Source of the DNA: Eledone cirrhosa
Taxonomy: Eukaryota
Reading direction: 5' to 3'
Length of the DNA: 64,000 nucleotides
Assembly: GCA_964016885.1 (NCBI GenBank)
Contig: OZ024746.1
Location: 5,456,001 to 5,520,000, forward strand
Shown here: positions 16,472 through 29,850 of the stretch, piece after piece
Layout of the letters: every line of letters starts with the position of its first letter
Position numbering within the stretch: the first letter of the stretch is position 1
Translations under genes and position numbers: made by a program
The notes under the pieces: model-generated
Database searches by the model: none
What the model saw: the letters and a program-made list of their open reading frames with translations, nothing else
Told to the model about the DNA's origin: nothing

Positions 16472-16979
16472 ATGACTATATACCTCATCCTCAAATTTCT
16501 AACTCTATGCTAACATAATATATTACTATGACTATATACCTCATCCTCAAATGTCTAACTCTATGTTAACATAATATATTACTATGACTATATACCTCAT
16601 CCTCAAATTTCTAACTCTATGTTAACATAATATATTACTATGACTATATACCTCATCCTCAAATTTCTAACTCTATGTTAACATAATATATTACTATGAC
16701 TATATACCTCATCCTCAAATTTCTAACTCTATGCTAACATAATATATTACTATGACTATATACCTCATCCTCAAATTTCTAACTCTATGTTAACATAATA
16801 TATTACTATGACTATATACCTCATCCTCAAATTTCTAACTCTATGTTAACATAATATATTACTATGACTATATACCTCATCCTCAAATTTCTAACTCTAT
16901 GTTAACATAATATATTACTATGACTATATACCTCATCCTCAAATGTCTGACTCTATGCTAACATAATATATTACTATGA
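16472..16979. repeat. Minisatellite, 56-bp unit x9
   Basis: Unit atgactatatacctcatcctcaaatttctaactctatgttaacataatatattact; copies near-identical with no spacers. Confidence 0.95.
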
Positions 16980-19900
16980 TCTTGTTTAACAAGATCAAAC
17001 ATGAAACAAATCGGTTCTACACTCCACTATTCCGCTATTTTGTATATGTATGACATCATTCATTAGTATGTCCTTCCTTTCTCTTAGACGTGTGATCTGA
17101 GGGACAATTGCGTGCTATTTCTAGCGGGACGTGGGTCTCAGAGGAGAGAGTCTATTATCAGATATGCATTATATACACTTGAAAACAAGCTATAACAAAT
17201 TAATGTTTGCCAAACGTTGAATCGATTCAATACTTTTCTAATTTTTCATTTTACAAATGATTCCACTTCATTAGAAATGACACCATTCTTGTAGATCAAC
17301 GCATGTAATTGATTGACTCAACTAATGTAAATAACTGCTATGTAGTTTGTAGGGCCTTTACGAATGAGAATCCCTCTTGACTAAAAACGATGTTTTATTT
17401 GAATAACTAAAATTTCTGAAAGAATCCGATGTTGTTGGCCATCGTCTGTAAAAACGATATCACTCTTATTTAACAATCAGGAGTTCAACAATCAACAACA
17501 GTAACACGGACGATGCAAGGTTCTAAATTAATTTAATTAAGTCTGCAAGTTAACCACGATACATTCTCATAAGTGTATAGCATGTTATAAACCAACAGTG
17601 GATAGCTGTCTATGGCAAGATGAATGCACGTAATAAAACTCTGGTAAATTATATTCAGATCAAGAACCCCTATGGAGTGACACGTTGAATGGGAAATGTG
17701 AGACTGAGTTATGGAACATATGTTTGTTGTTTTCTATTAGCCCGTGAGAAAATATAAATTCTCTATACTACAGCAAGGAGCGAATCGTTAAATGTACAAT
17801 GTAGTCCTTTTACAGAGAACTGTAACTGCCTGGTGACATTTACAGCAAGGAGAAGTAAACTAGGGAAATTTCCTTTCCCTGTATTTGAAATCAGCTCTGC
17901 ACCTGGAATTCAATATACATCGTTATCACTTTGGCCTGTTGTTACTCAAAAATGGGTTAATGCTGGCACTTTTACAAGTTATACAGAATAGAGTTACGGC
18001 TCTTTACATTCTGAGTTCAAATCCCGCCGAGATTAGCTTTGCCATTCATCCTTACAGTAATGTACTGGGGTCGATTTAATTGTCTCTACCCTATCCCCAA
18101 ATTTGTTGGCTTTGGGGTTAAATGAGAAAGCGCTATTACAAGTTATAGCATTCCATAGCTACTTTTATCATATTCAACACACCCAGTACCACCACTAACA
18201 CCCTGACGACCGCTGACACTACAGTCAACCTTACCACAACCTCAGTATTAACATTTATACTAATACCAGACGATATTCAATGTAATGAGTTTCACCCAAT
18301 AGTAATTTATTAACAAAGGCAAATAACCCACGTGGTCGAAAATGTTCGTAATTATTATTTGTAAACCCCTAGTGAACTAATCGAGTGTGCCTAAGAAAAC
18401 TGTGCTTCACTGATGACGTTTTATAGCACAGAAACATGTAGTAGTACCGTCATTGATATATTTGTTAAAAAACCTTGTAGTTTCGTAGAGAAATTAATGG
18501 TTGCTGCTGTTGTCCTTTAACCTCAAGTCAGTCCTGAATGAGGAGACATATGGTGAGAGGTAGTCATGCAATGAATAGCTTTTTTTCAGACAGAGTGTAG
18601 CTACAACTACATTATGCAGTGCATTCATCCCTATTTAAGACAGACGACAGAATATGGCTTGAGAAAGTTTGGCTGCTCTTTCCAGCAGGCTGTGTGACCA
18701 TTGAGAGGGTCTTGCTGACTAAAGCTTATGTTGTTAGCAATAAGAATAACACTACCTGTGTTCTTATTGGCTATAGTTGAGGTATTAGAGTTAAATAGCT
18801 GCAGGGATCTCCATGCAGTCGTTAATTATTATTTAATTATGGCCATATTGACGTAAGTGGAAGGAGCTGTTTACACAATTAATTAAGGTGGAAGTTTAGT
18901 GATGTTTGTTATTGTTGCCTGAGGAGAGTGGTGGTGGTGGTAGTGGTAGTATTTTTTGAGGCGATGGTGGTGAATATCGTTAATGCTGGCTCAATTGATT
19001 TAATACATTGATAGAAATTGTGTCCTTTTAACAGTTCTGATTGAATCGATCAAGTTATTGATAATTGGTATTACTTGTTTTTGTTGTTCTTGTACAATTA
19101 AACACTCACGAAGTTGATCCAGGACCAAAGTGATGTCAGCCATATTCCTCATGCCATCTCTGTGGAATATTATATCTAAGATTGCTTCATTAAAGTATAT
19201 TTGAGAGAAATGTGGCTGTTGTTTCCAGCATATTAAATGATCATATAGAAGCTATCGTAGAGATAGTGATGGTGGTGTTAGTGGTGACAACGTTAATGTT
19301 GGTGGTACCAACGTTGTCAAGTCTAGTAACCTCAGTAATATTAGTAAAGATGTCATAAAGGCAGTGATAATTGTGTCAGTTCTGCTGGTGACACTGTTAT
19401 TTGGAGTAGTATTAGTTGAGCAAGTTTATTGCTGCTGTTGTTAGTAGTGGTAGTATTATTGACGTGGTGCTGGTTCTCACTGTGTATTTGGTTGTGGTCA
19501 GAGATTTAGTAATGTTACAAATGGTGGTGTAGTTTATGGCGGCAATAATATTGGTGGGATTGGTGTCATTGATAGCAGTGCTGCTGCTGGTGGTGGTGGT
19601 GGTGGTGGTGATTTTAGTGGCAGCATGTTTGTTCTGCTGGAGATGTTGCAAGTAATGTGTTATTGGCAGCGATTCTTTATGTTGCCTGCTCTAGATTTGT
19701 CACTTGGTGTTGATGTTGGAGAGAAATGCAAAAGTTTTCGTAAAAAATCGTTGAGCGCTGTTGAGGTCTTAAGTAGTTTCACCGGGATTGAATGAATTAG
19801 GCTGGAATAACTTTGCTAATGATGCCATAGCAATATCTTTACCACTAGTATCATCACTACTAACTTTTGTCTTTAGATAGCCTCTTCAGACAGGAGGTTA

Positions 19901-20176
19901 TCTTAGTATAAGGTATATATCTACTTTGTTCTGGTAATTGAGTGTGGTGTAGTTGTGGCTTAGTAGGGGTCATTTATAAAGGGTTGATTTAAGTAAGTCA
20001 ACATAAAACATTATATTGAATATTGTCAACATTATATGACACCTAGTATTTCATTAAGAGTAACGCAGTCAATACCACAGGTAATTAACTAACGGTAAGG
20101 AGAAGATGTTGGTTTGAGGATTGTATTAACTCATTTTTATATATTCTAATTTGTCAACAAAAGTAATTGTACGTGT

Positions 20177-20497
20177 GGGAGGGGGAGAGAGTGAGAGGAG
20201 GAGTGTATGGATGGGGGGGAGAGTGAGAGGGGGGTGTATGGAGGGGGAGAGACTGAGAGGGAGTGTATGGGAGGGAATGAGGGAGTAAGAGGGAGTGTTG
20301 GGAGGGGAAGAGAGAGTGAAAGGGAATGTGTATGGGAGGGGGAGTGAATGACAGGGATTGTATGGGAGGGGGAAGAGAGAGAGAGGGAGTGTGTGCGAGG
20401 GAGAGAGAGAGGGAGTGTGTATGCGTGTTGGGGAGAGAGAGTGAGAGGGAGTGTATGGAAGGGAATGCGAGAGTAAGAGGGAGTGTATGGGAGGGTG
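20177..20497. repeat. G/A-rich degenerate tandem repeat
   Basis: Recurring gagagtgagagggagtgtatgggaggg-like units. Confidence 0.75.
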
Positions 20498-20521
20498 ATA
20501 CATATAATCAGTATAAATATA

Positions 20522-20585
<64 letters not shown>

Positions 20586-20594
20586 AATGTGTGC

Positions 20595-20636
<42 letters not shown>

Positions 20637-20638
<2 letters not shown>

Positions 20639-20820
20639 CGGAGGAGTTGTGGTAAGGAACCAGATGGTCCATAACGCACCAGAGTACTCAATACTTAGGG
20701 TAGTAGAGTGGGTAATAGGAGAAAGTATGACTCCGACGGCAGAGCTCAAGCCATTTCGACGGCTGGTCCAGAAATAGCCGTCGAAACGGCTTGAGCTCTG
20801 CCGGGGTCATACTTTCTCCT
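20637..20820. mobile_element. Fold-back PLE-derived element, family X
   Basis: Homologous to 15252-15457 with a partly deleted apex; (TA)n flanks. Confidence 0.85.
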
Positions 20821-21092
20821 ATATATATATATATATGTAAATAAATGCGCGCGCACGCGCGCGCGCGTGTGTGTGTGATTATTTTACATACATCTTACGC
20901 TCTGAGACACATGTCTCACAAGCTGTCGACTGGTGAACAATTTCAGTGTTTTCCGACAGCTTTTGTCGCACACTCTCATATTTGTAATAAGAAAGGTTAT
21001 ATTAGTGGGAACAATGTACTCAATATATCTATATATGTATGTATGTATGTATGTATGTTCTTCTGGTTTTATAATTTCATAAAGTTTTACCA

Positions 21093-21123
<31 letters not shown>

Positions 21124-21132
21124 TGTATGTAT

Positions 21133-21604
21133 GTCAACACCTGTCAAAGGGCATAGGAGCTCTTAAGCGTCAATGGCCATCCAAAATCACCGGGAGAGAT
21201 GACCCCTTAGCCTTTGTCAAGGCAGAATTCTAGGAGAAGGAAAACTCTGATATAACACCTGCAACCCTGATGGTATCCAATGATGTTGACTTGTTCTTCT
21301 TTTTGGTAAATATCATCTTGGTTAAGAGAGTGGGACTGGCTTTGTGCAATGCCTTTGCTCACTATAAAAGCTTCACGGCACAGGCATTGCTTTATATCTG
21401 GAGATCTCTCTGCTCTGCACTTGTCGTCACATGGTACCATGGGCCCAGCACTATGTGTCAATAATTGTCACAAGTGTAGTGTTTGTACCAGAGTTTTCAA
21501 GTCGCTGGCTGGACTAAAAGTCACACTCGTTCAGCGCATCGGTAGGGGTTCTCCTACATGGATATAAAGTAGTGGCCGTACTCGAAAACGAGTTGGCAGC
21601 CACC
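21133..21604 (+). mobile_element. Internally deleted RTE-derived element, 5'-truncated copy A
   Basis: RTE-like 5'UTR motif ctaggagaaggaaaactctga; C-terminal zinc-finger remnant CHKCSVCTRVFKSLAGL; 3' hairpin and (ATGT)n tail. Confidence 0.75.
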
Positions 21605-21694
21605 ATGTATGTATGTATGTATGTATGTATGTATGTATGTATGTATGTATGTATGTATGTATGTATGTATGTATGTATGTATGCGTGTATGTAT

Positions 21695-22291
21695 GTCAGG
21701 TCACCAGTTGGTGCTACTGGTAACATGTATCCCAGTACAACCTGTCTCATGGTCGGGTCGTTGGCGACTAAACTGGCAACCCCACCAAGGTTTCTTGGTG
21801 AGGAGGGTGACTTTGGACATCCTGCAGGACTAAAAACAAAACCTGTCAAAGGGCAAAGGAGCTCTTAAGAGTCAATGGCCATCCAAAATCACCGGGAGAG
21901 ATGACCCCTTAGCCTTTGTCAAGGCAGAATTCTAGGAGAAGGAAAACTCTGATATAACACCTGCAACCCTGATGGTATCCAATGATGTTGACTTGTTCTT
22001 CTTTTTGGTAAATATCATCTTGGTTAAGAGAGTGGGACTGGCTTTGTGCAATGCCTTTGCTCACTATAAAAGCTTCACGGCACAGGCATTGCTTTATATC
22101 TGGAGATCTCTCTGCTCTGCACTTGTCGTCACATGGTACCATGGGCCCAGCACTGTGTCAATAATTGTCACAAGTGTAGTGTTTGTACCAGAGTTTTCAA
22201 GTCGCTGGCTGGACTAAAAGTCACACTCGTTCAGCGCATCGGTAGGGGTTCTCCTACATGGATATAAAGTAGTGGCCGTACTCGAAAACGA
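21695..22291 (+). mobile_element. Internally deleted RTE-derived element, copy B (3' end cut by the duplication junction)
   Basis: Complete structured 5' end; body near-identical to copy A. Confidence 0.8.
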
Positions 22292-22453
22292 TGGTGAACA
22301 ATTTCAGTGTTTTCCGACAGCTTTTGTCGCACACTCTCATATTTGTAATAAGAAAGGTTATATTAGTGGGAACAATGTACTCAATATATCTATATATGTA
22401 TGTATGTATGTATGTATGTTCTTCTGGTTTTATAATTTCATAAAGTTTTACCA

Positions 22454-22484
<31 letters not shown>

Positions 22485-22501
22485 TGTATGTATGTATGTA
22501 T

Positions 22502-22969
22502 GTCAACACCTGTCAAAGGGCATAGGAGCTCTTAAGCGTCAATGGCCATCCAAAATCACCGGGAGAGATGACCCCTTAGCCTTTGTCAAGGCAGAATTCT
22601 AGGAGAAGGAAAACTCTGATATAACACCTGCAACCCTGATGGTATCCAATGATGTTGACTTGTTCTTCTTTTTGGTAAATATCATCTTGGTTAAGAGAGT
22701 GGGACTGGCTTTGTGCAGTGCCTTTGCTCACTATAAAAGCTTCACGGCACAGGCATTGCTTTATATCTGGAGATCTCTCTGCACTTGTCCTCACATGGTA
22801 CCATGGGCCCAGCACTATGTGTCAATAATTGTCACAAGTGTAGTGTTTGTACCAGAGTTTTCAAGTCGCTGGCTGGACTAAAAAGTCACACTCGTTCAGC
22901 GCTTCGGTAGGGGTTCTCCTACATGGATATAAAGTAGTGGCCGTACTCGAAAACGAGTTGGCAGCCACC
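22502..22969 (+). mobile_element. Internally deleted RTE-derived element, copy A'
   Basis: Same 5' junction as copy A; intact C2H2-like CSVCTRVFKSLAGLKSHTRS. Confidence 0.8.
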
Positions 22970-23030
22970 ATGTATGTATGTATGTATGTATGTATGTATG
23001 TGTATGTATGTTTGTATGTATGTATGTATG

Positions 23031-24290
23031 TTTGTTATCTCTTTCTCTTAATTTCGAGTATATTTTCTTGACCGGCCACCTTCCTGGTGGCAAGGTTGTA
23101 AAAGAAAAGAAATTGTCATCCCTTGAATCGCAAGAATGTTTTGCAAAATTTGAAGGTGCCAGCTATCGCAGCCATTTGTAGACTATGAATTAGGGAGCTG
23201 CGTTCTTTGTCCGCAAATCCAAGTTCAGTCATACTTGGGTCCAAGCGGGTTGGTATATAACCCGTAGCTCCAATAATGATGGGTATGAAGCTAAAGGTGT
23301 ATCTTGGATACTGGATTTGTAAACTCCTCATCAATGGTCCGTAGCTGTCCTCCTTCCCCTGTATTTTTCTGACAACGTTTACATCAAGTGGGAAGCTGAT
23401 CTGCACAACAGAACACGTTTTCAATGTGTGGTCCCAAACAACAATATCAGGCCCGTTGTGCTTTAATTTGGTGGCAGTTTTTATTTTCAGGTTCCACCAG
23501 TATTCCTTAGTGCCATCTGTCTCAATATATTCTTTTTGTTTGTTGTTAATTTTGTTTTCCGAAGTGCGTTCCAGATGGTTCTAGCTATCCCATCGTGTCT
23601 CATGGGGAGGTAGTAGCGAGATGACATTCTTTCGCAGCTGGCAACAATGTGGCTTACATCCTCGATCCTTGATTTACATAGCCTACATTTATTTCAGCTG
23701 ATGGCCCTCCCCTTTTGTGCAGCAGATATTTGGTAGGGAGTTCTTGTTCCTGTATTGCATAGAGATATCCCTCAAGGTGTGATGTCATAAACTTGTCGGA
23801 ACTCCATGCCAGGCTTTTTGAGTGGTTTATCCCCTCTATGGTCTGTGTTTTACATCTCAAGTATCCATGCACAACTTTTTCTGTAAATTGATCAATTTTT
23901 TCATCTTGTTTGAACATTGAATAGGAACTTCCGATTTCTCTGGGTGAGAGATTTATATCAGGCTTTATTCCATATCTCTCCTCCAGATCAGTGGCTATTC
24001 TAATGATATTTTTTTTTCATGCTCATAAACCTGGGCAAGATGGTTGCCAACCTTTTTTATTTGTTGAAGATGTTGCTTCAGTGTTACTATCCGGGTCTCA
24101 TATGTTGTTAATATGGATTTTAGAGCCCAGCCACCTTCCTTGCGTGAAAAGTATAGCCTATCCACATCACCATTGATGTTAAAGTTCCCAGTAACACTGA
24201 GAAGTTTGCGAGTTCTAACATCCATCTCACTTAGTTCTTGCAATGACCAGTTCAGCAGGCCAAATGTTGGCGTTAGAATTGGCACAGCAT
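23031..24290 (-). mobile_element. 5'-truncated R4/Dong-like non-LTR retrotransposon (RT thumb, CCHC, restriction-like endonuclease), frameshifted
   Basis: YAVPILTPTFG..DVRTRKLL..DVDRLYFSRKEGG; AIQEQELPTK; CRLC..EDVSHIVASC..RHD; HNGPDIVVWD..FIPIIIGATG; short 3'UTR running into (ACAT)n. Confidence 0.88.
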
Positions 24291-24321
24291 ATGTATGTAT
24301 GTATGTATGTATGTATCTTAT

Positions 24322-24929
24322 GTCAGGTCACCAGTTGGTGCTACTGGTAACATGTATCCCAGTACAACCTGTCCCATGGTCGGGTCGTTGGCGACTAAAC
24401 TGGCAACCCCACCAAGGTTTCTTGGTGAGGAGGGTGACTTTGGACATCCTGCAGAACTAAAAACAAAACCTGTCAAAGGGCAAAGGAGCTCTTAAGAGTC
24501 AATGGCCATCCAAAATCACCGGGAGAGATGACCCCTTAGCCTTTGTCAAGGCAGAATTCTAGGAGAAGGAAAACTCTGATATAACACCTGCAACCCTGAT
24601 GGTATCCAATGATGTTGACTTGTTCTTCTTTTTGGTAAATATCATCTTGGTTAAGAGAGTGGGACTGGCTTTGTGCAGTGCCTTTGCTCACTATAAAAGC
24701 TTCACGGCACAGGCATTGCTTTATATCTGGAGATCTCTCTGCACTTGTCGTCACATGGTACCATGGGCCCAGCACTATGTGTCAGTAATTGTCACAAGTG
24801 TAGTGTTTGTACCAGAGTTTTCAAGTCGCTGGCTGGACTAAAAAGTCACACTCGTTCAGCGCATCGGTAGGGGTTCTCCTACATGGATATAAAGTAGTGG
24901 CCGTACTCGAAAACGAGTTGGCAGCCACC
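24322..24929 (+). mobile_element. Internally deleted RTE-derived element, full-length copy B' (about 608 bp)
   Basis: Structured 5' end, RTE 5'UTR, CSVCTRVFKSLAGLKSHTRSAHR*, hairpin gtggccgtactcgaaaacgagttggcagccac and (ATGT)n tail. Confidence 0.82.
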
Positions 24930-25534
24930 ATGTATGTATGTATGTATGTATGTATGTATGTATGTATGTATGTATGTATGTATGTATGTATGTATGTATG
25001 TATGTATGTATGTATGTATGCATGTATGTATGTATGTTTGCATGTATGTATGTATGTATATATGTATGTATGTGTGTATGTATGTATATATGTATGTATG
25101 TATATATGTATGTATGTGTGTATGTATGTATAGATGTATAGATGTATAGATGTGTATAAACGTACGTACATACTAATCGATATAGAATATATATTCTTTA
25201 CACGAGAATTACTCTTTATTTAAACACTGCCAAATAAACCCTATACAGCTCTCCAGATCAATACAATATGGGTTATATTGTTAACAACCTCTACAGATGG
25301 TTAACATTGATAACTAATATTGATCTGAAAAATTAATAACAACTGCGGGATTGTGATAAATTATGACAGTACTGGGCAAAAGTTGTCTTTCACGTGACCA
25401 ACGGAGTTTCCTGTTGTCACATTTACAAGATAGAACAAAGACGAGACAAACACTTTCGAAATTTCGCAAATTATCAGAAATGAAAATATTGAAATTTACA
25501 GTGTTTCCACTGCTTACAGATCGATACAATTGAT

Positions 25535-25724
25535 AATAATTGTTTCTACTTTAGGCACAAGACCAACAATTACCCAGTGCATTACTGGTACTTTATTTTA
25601 TCGACCCCGTAAGGATGAAAGGCAAAGTCAACCTCGGCGGGATTTGAACTCAGATCGTAAAGGGACGTAACTATGCTGGAAAGCATGGCGTCCGACCCTC
25701 TACTGATACTGCCAATCCACCGCC
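25535..25724 (-). mobile_element. SINE family B
   Basis: Reverse complement of the 47413 copy; TSD-like ttgataataat on both sides. Confidence 0.85.
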
Positions 25725-27852
25725 AATTTGATAATAATGTTAATTAAAACGCGACGAGGAGTAAAAATAGAAAGTTTTAGACACTTGTCCTTCTTCGGAG
25801 ATAAAGAGATATATAATGGCGGGACTGTTAACAACTAAATGGTAAATGAACGATTAATGTGGAGTGAATGTGGGGAGAAGTGTGTGTTGTAGGAAGTGAT
25901 AATTAGAGCTATATACGTAGGTAATCAGATGAAGGTGAATGTTAGTTGAAAGACATGTCAAGTGGCGGAGGTGTAACTGCGAAGATTGATGGAAAACGAA
26001 ATTTGAAATGATTGTTTTTTAATTAAGTTAATGGCTAGTCATGTTTTGGAGGAGAAGAACGTGGACAAAACCGACTACAGTACCTAACTGATACTTTATT
26101 TTATCGACCCCGAAAGGTCGAAAGGATAATTTAACACAGCACGATTTGAACTAAGAATGTAAAGAGCCCGAACAGATATCTCAATTCCTTAGTCTGACGC
26201 CTATCATTCTGCCAATTCAGCATTCATTCTCCCATGTACATAGATACAAAGCGAATGTTTAGATTCGTATACGAATGTAAACCACAGGAAAATACACACC
26301 ACACACACATACACGGATACAGATATGTCTGTGGTAGTTATATTCGTCTTGCCGATCAGGATAGTCCAGTGTGAAGTATTTTAGCAATAAATAATATTGC
26401 TCACACAATACCAAAAACAAAAGAAAAAAGAGCGAGGAAGCCTCAACGTTGTTATTCAACCTGTTGGCAATGGCGGCCAAACTTACTTCAAATCACAATC
26501 TAATCTGTTTGGAGGAAAGACGTATTGAATAATGTTGTATGAGATAACTGTCTGATTAAGACATAATAAAGTTACAGTTCATGATATATCTGTTAGACAG
26601 GGAAAACATGTAGTTAAACAATTAATGTTAACTGAATCTCTCGTATTCTTCAGCAGTTATTTCTTATTCAATTTAAACGTCCCTATAGAGCTAGTAAGCT
26701 ATAGCAGACCAGGGGAAGTATCGAGTACGCCTTGTAGTTGGTAATCAAAAAGAGCTAGTGAGACAATTAATAAAAAATATAGATTAAAAAAGGGAAATAA
26801 AATAGAATAAAATAAAATAATATAAAAATAAAATTTCCAATATTGAAGGAGGCCAAGGGGAGACAGATTATGGCTAAGAAAAGGAAAAAGAAAAGGAAGA
26901 AGAAAAGGAAAGTAGGAAATAAGGGAAAATATAAAACAGAAGTTTTTCTTGTTGAATCTTTTCGTAGCTTCCATGTATTCAACAATTTTGTTAATATTTG
27001 GTAGACGCTTAAGTTCATTTCTTATAATTAGTTACATTGATAAAACAAATAGTGAGTAGTCTTTTAAATTTGAATGTTCTCAGTATTTGACTGACATTTT
27101 CCTTTCGAACCTCGGATAGATATAGTATAAAATCGTATCTGAAAACTATTTGGACTCAGAACATACAGAATTGTATTGGCCAGTACTTAACTATTTCTGT
27201 CTATTCACCATCCTTTAAATATTGAAAAATGAAAGTATATTTTGATACAACTATAAGCAGTAATTATATGTGTTTCTTTGGTATAAAAGAGAAATCCAAT
27301 AGGGAAACGCATACATACACACACATGAATTATCAAACAAACTGACATACATATATACTCACATATATAAATACACATGATCATATGGTTCCATTAGAAC
27401 ACAAATGTCGTGTCAATCTGGTTTAACCCACCGCTCACCAAGCAGGCTAGCAATACATAATTGATTCCAATACTACGGGACTCGACAGACTATTTCCTTA
27501 AAACAAGCAAGTCAATCAAATGGAAACTATCCCACTCCGAATAATAGACATAGTATTGTACGAGTAATAATCAGTGATTCTATAGCCACCTCTCTACTAC
27601 AGTCATGAGATGTATCAACTTGTGGTACTCTTTTAAATATATGTAGACTGGAATCATGGGAACTTAGTGTGGCAGACTCCAAGTAATATCTATGAAAGGA
27701 GCCACTCAGTAGAAGTGAAAGAAACCACTCGAAACCATGAAAATGTAAATAAATTATTTAAAATGATTAATAAACTAATTGGAAAACAAGTTTTGTGTAA
27801 GGTTTCCACCACTAGTAGTAGTCATAATCGTGTGTGTGTGTGTGTGTGTGTG

Positions 27853-27935
<83 letters not shown>

Positions 27936-28250
27936 GTGTGTGCATGTGTGTGTGTGTGTGTGCGTGTGTGTGTGTGCATGTGTGTGTTCCAATAGTGAGA
28001 GCTAGTTACGTACATTTTGAATTTTCGTGTTGCGTTCCAACAACTCCTGTGAATAGATCATGCATTGGCAACCTTCACGTGAAGGCGTTATTGGAATGTT
28101 TTGCACATTTGTATTTAAGAAATTCCGGATAAACCCCTTATACTTGGATATGTCTTCGGATCCCATGACTCTTTACAGGAGCACGCCATGATGTTCAAAC
28201 CTTGAAACATGATTTGAAATATCTTGCCAAGTGGTGCGATTAAGTTATGT

Positions 28251-28538
28251 AACTAATATTTCTTGATATACAATATCCCCAGTAGTCCTTTACCTTGACA
28301 GCCTGCGAAAACCATAACTTACTGACAGTTTACTATACATTATATTGCAGGGACTGTTACCTTGTTAAACATGTACGATGCTTCAACTAACTAATATTTC
28401 TTGATATACAATATCCTCAGTAGTCCTTTACCTTGACAGCCTGCGTAAACCATAACTTTCTGACAGTTTCGAACCTCAAATCTATACATTATATAGAAAG
28501 TACTGTTACCTTGTTGCACATGTACGATGCTTCAACTA
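28251..28538. repeat. Diverged tandem duplication (about 140-150 bp x2)
   Basis: aactaatatttcttgatatacaatatcc...acatgtacgatgcttcaacta occurs twice in tandem. Confidence 0.85.
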
Positions 28539-29249
28539 TCCTATTAATTTTTCAAATGTTTATGTACTTCAGCTTTTTAAATTACATTTGTAAGCTTCTT
28601 AAGCTATTTTTTCTTGAGGCAGAGATTAAGTTTAACGAGGAATTTGCCTTGATTCACTTTCATTGTATTTTAAAGTTTTACACTATGTGTCAATAAAACA
28701 GAAATATACATACAGCATCTATTGTCGGTATGTACGCACAGTCAATGCACTTTTCTTCTTAACATAACTCGTGTTATATTCAGATAACTAATGTATTCAT
28801 TTTAAAAAAGTGTTCTCTTAACTAAGCGGAAAGCCCAATGTATTTATGGAGAAGAATATGCAAGATAATTAAATTGAAATAGAAACCAGGTCGAGTTCTT
28901 TATTCACATGAATCTTACTTCTTCCTCTACAACGTTCACCACAGTTTGTAAAACAGTGACTTAGAATTTTATAAATTGAAATTCAGTCGTCATGTTATCT
29001 AATTGATTCGTATCACATTTCTATTTACGCAAATAAAATGTTTTTTAACTGAAGTCAGCAATGTTTATGCATTCGTTGTTTCAAATTTCTTCAGAGTCGA
29101 CTTTATAGTGTATCTCCAAGCTGCCAAAAAAATAATTCATATAATGGGGTACCCTTTGTTTCAGAGGAGACGAAACATAGCAAGTATAGTAACATATATG
29201 TTTCAGCTCCTCCTCTACCTCCTCTCCCCCTTCGATCTTCGCCCTCTTA

Positions 29250-29345
29250 TTCCTGAGAGGGTTGTGGGGGGCGAGTCCTCAAACACACCTTCCAGCGAGT
29301 CCAGTCAGAAGCAACCATCTCCAGCTGATCCATTGGATACATGTC
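29250..29345 (-). mobile_element. 3' end of a LINE (same family as 49396-50150, unexpanded)
   Basis: ggttgtggggg..cctcaaacac.ccttccagc..gtccagtcagaagcaac..tctcca.ctgat is shared with 49465-50050. Confidence 0.65.
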
Positions 29346-29625
29346 TCACATATATTTACCCACACTACATATTTTAGTGAGCTGGTATTCTGTGTTGTTG
29401 CTATAACATTTGTCTTCGCCACTATTGTAATGACGCCATGTAACTCTTCTTAACTAATTTCCAGAAATCGAACAACATATGAAATATACCGTCATCACCT
29501 ATCGATGTCTCTATAACGCTGGAATAATTCTTTAATTTTGTAGTTCTCCAACAATCGCACAGTTGAACATTCTTGAGAGGTGAAACCACATTGGACATAA
29601 TGTATTATATAGTCATTCTCGTAAA

Positions 29626-29671
<46 letters not shown>

Positions 29672-29675
<4 letters not shown>

Positions 29676-29850
29676 CGTATCTGAATTTGTTTAGCAAGAT
29701 TCTTTATCTGAAAACGTGTGTTGAAACCGATATGGTTATGCTTTGGGATAGTCATGTTGCCAATAAGAAACACACGCACCAGTTGCTTTCATTGGAGTGA
29801 AAGCAACTGGTGCGTGTGTTTCTTATTGGCAACATGACCCTCCCAAAGCA

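Larger units (their letters stand above)
20931..22291. repeat. First unit of a local tandem duplication (second unit starts at 22292)
   Basis: tggtgaacaatttcagtg... restarts at 22292 and repeats the same order of segments. Confidence 0.85.

Noticed and set aside
16472-16979. CRISPR-like array
   Set aside because: Head-to-tail units with no unique spacers and no cas genes; eukaryotic context.
18402-18447. CTGATGA..GAAA-CATG-TA motif
   Set aside because: Stems I and II pair poorly; could be chance or a decayed relic.
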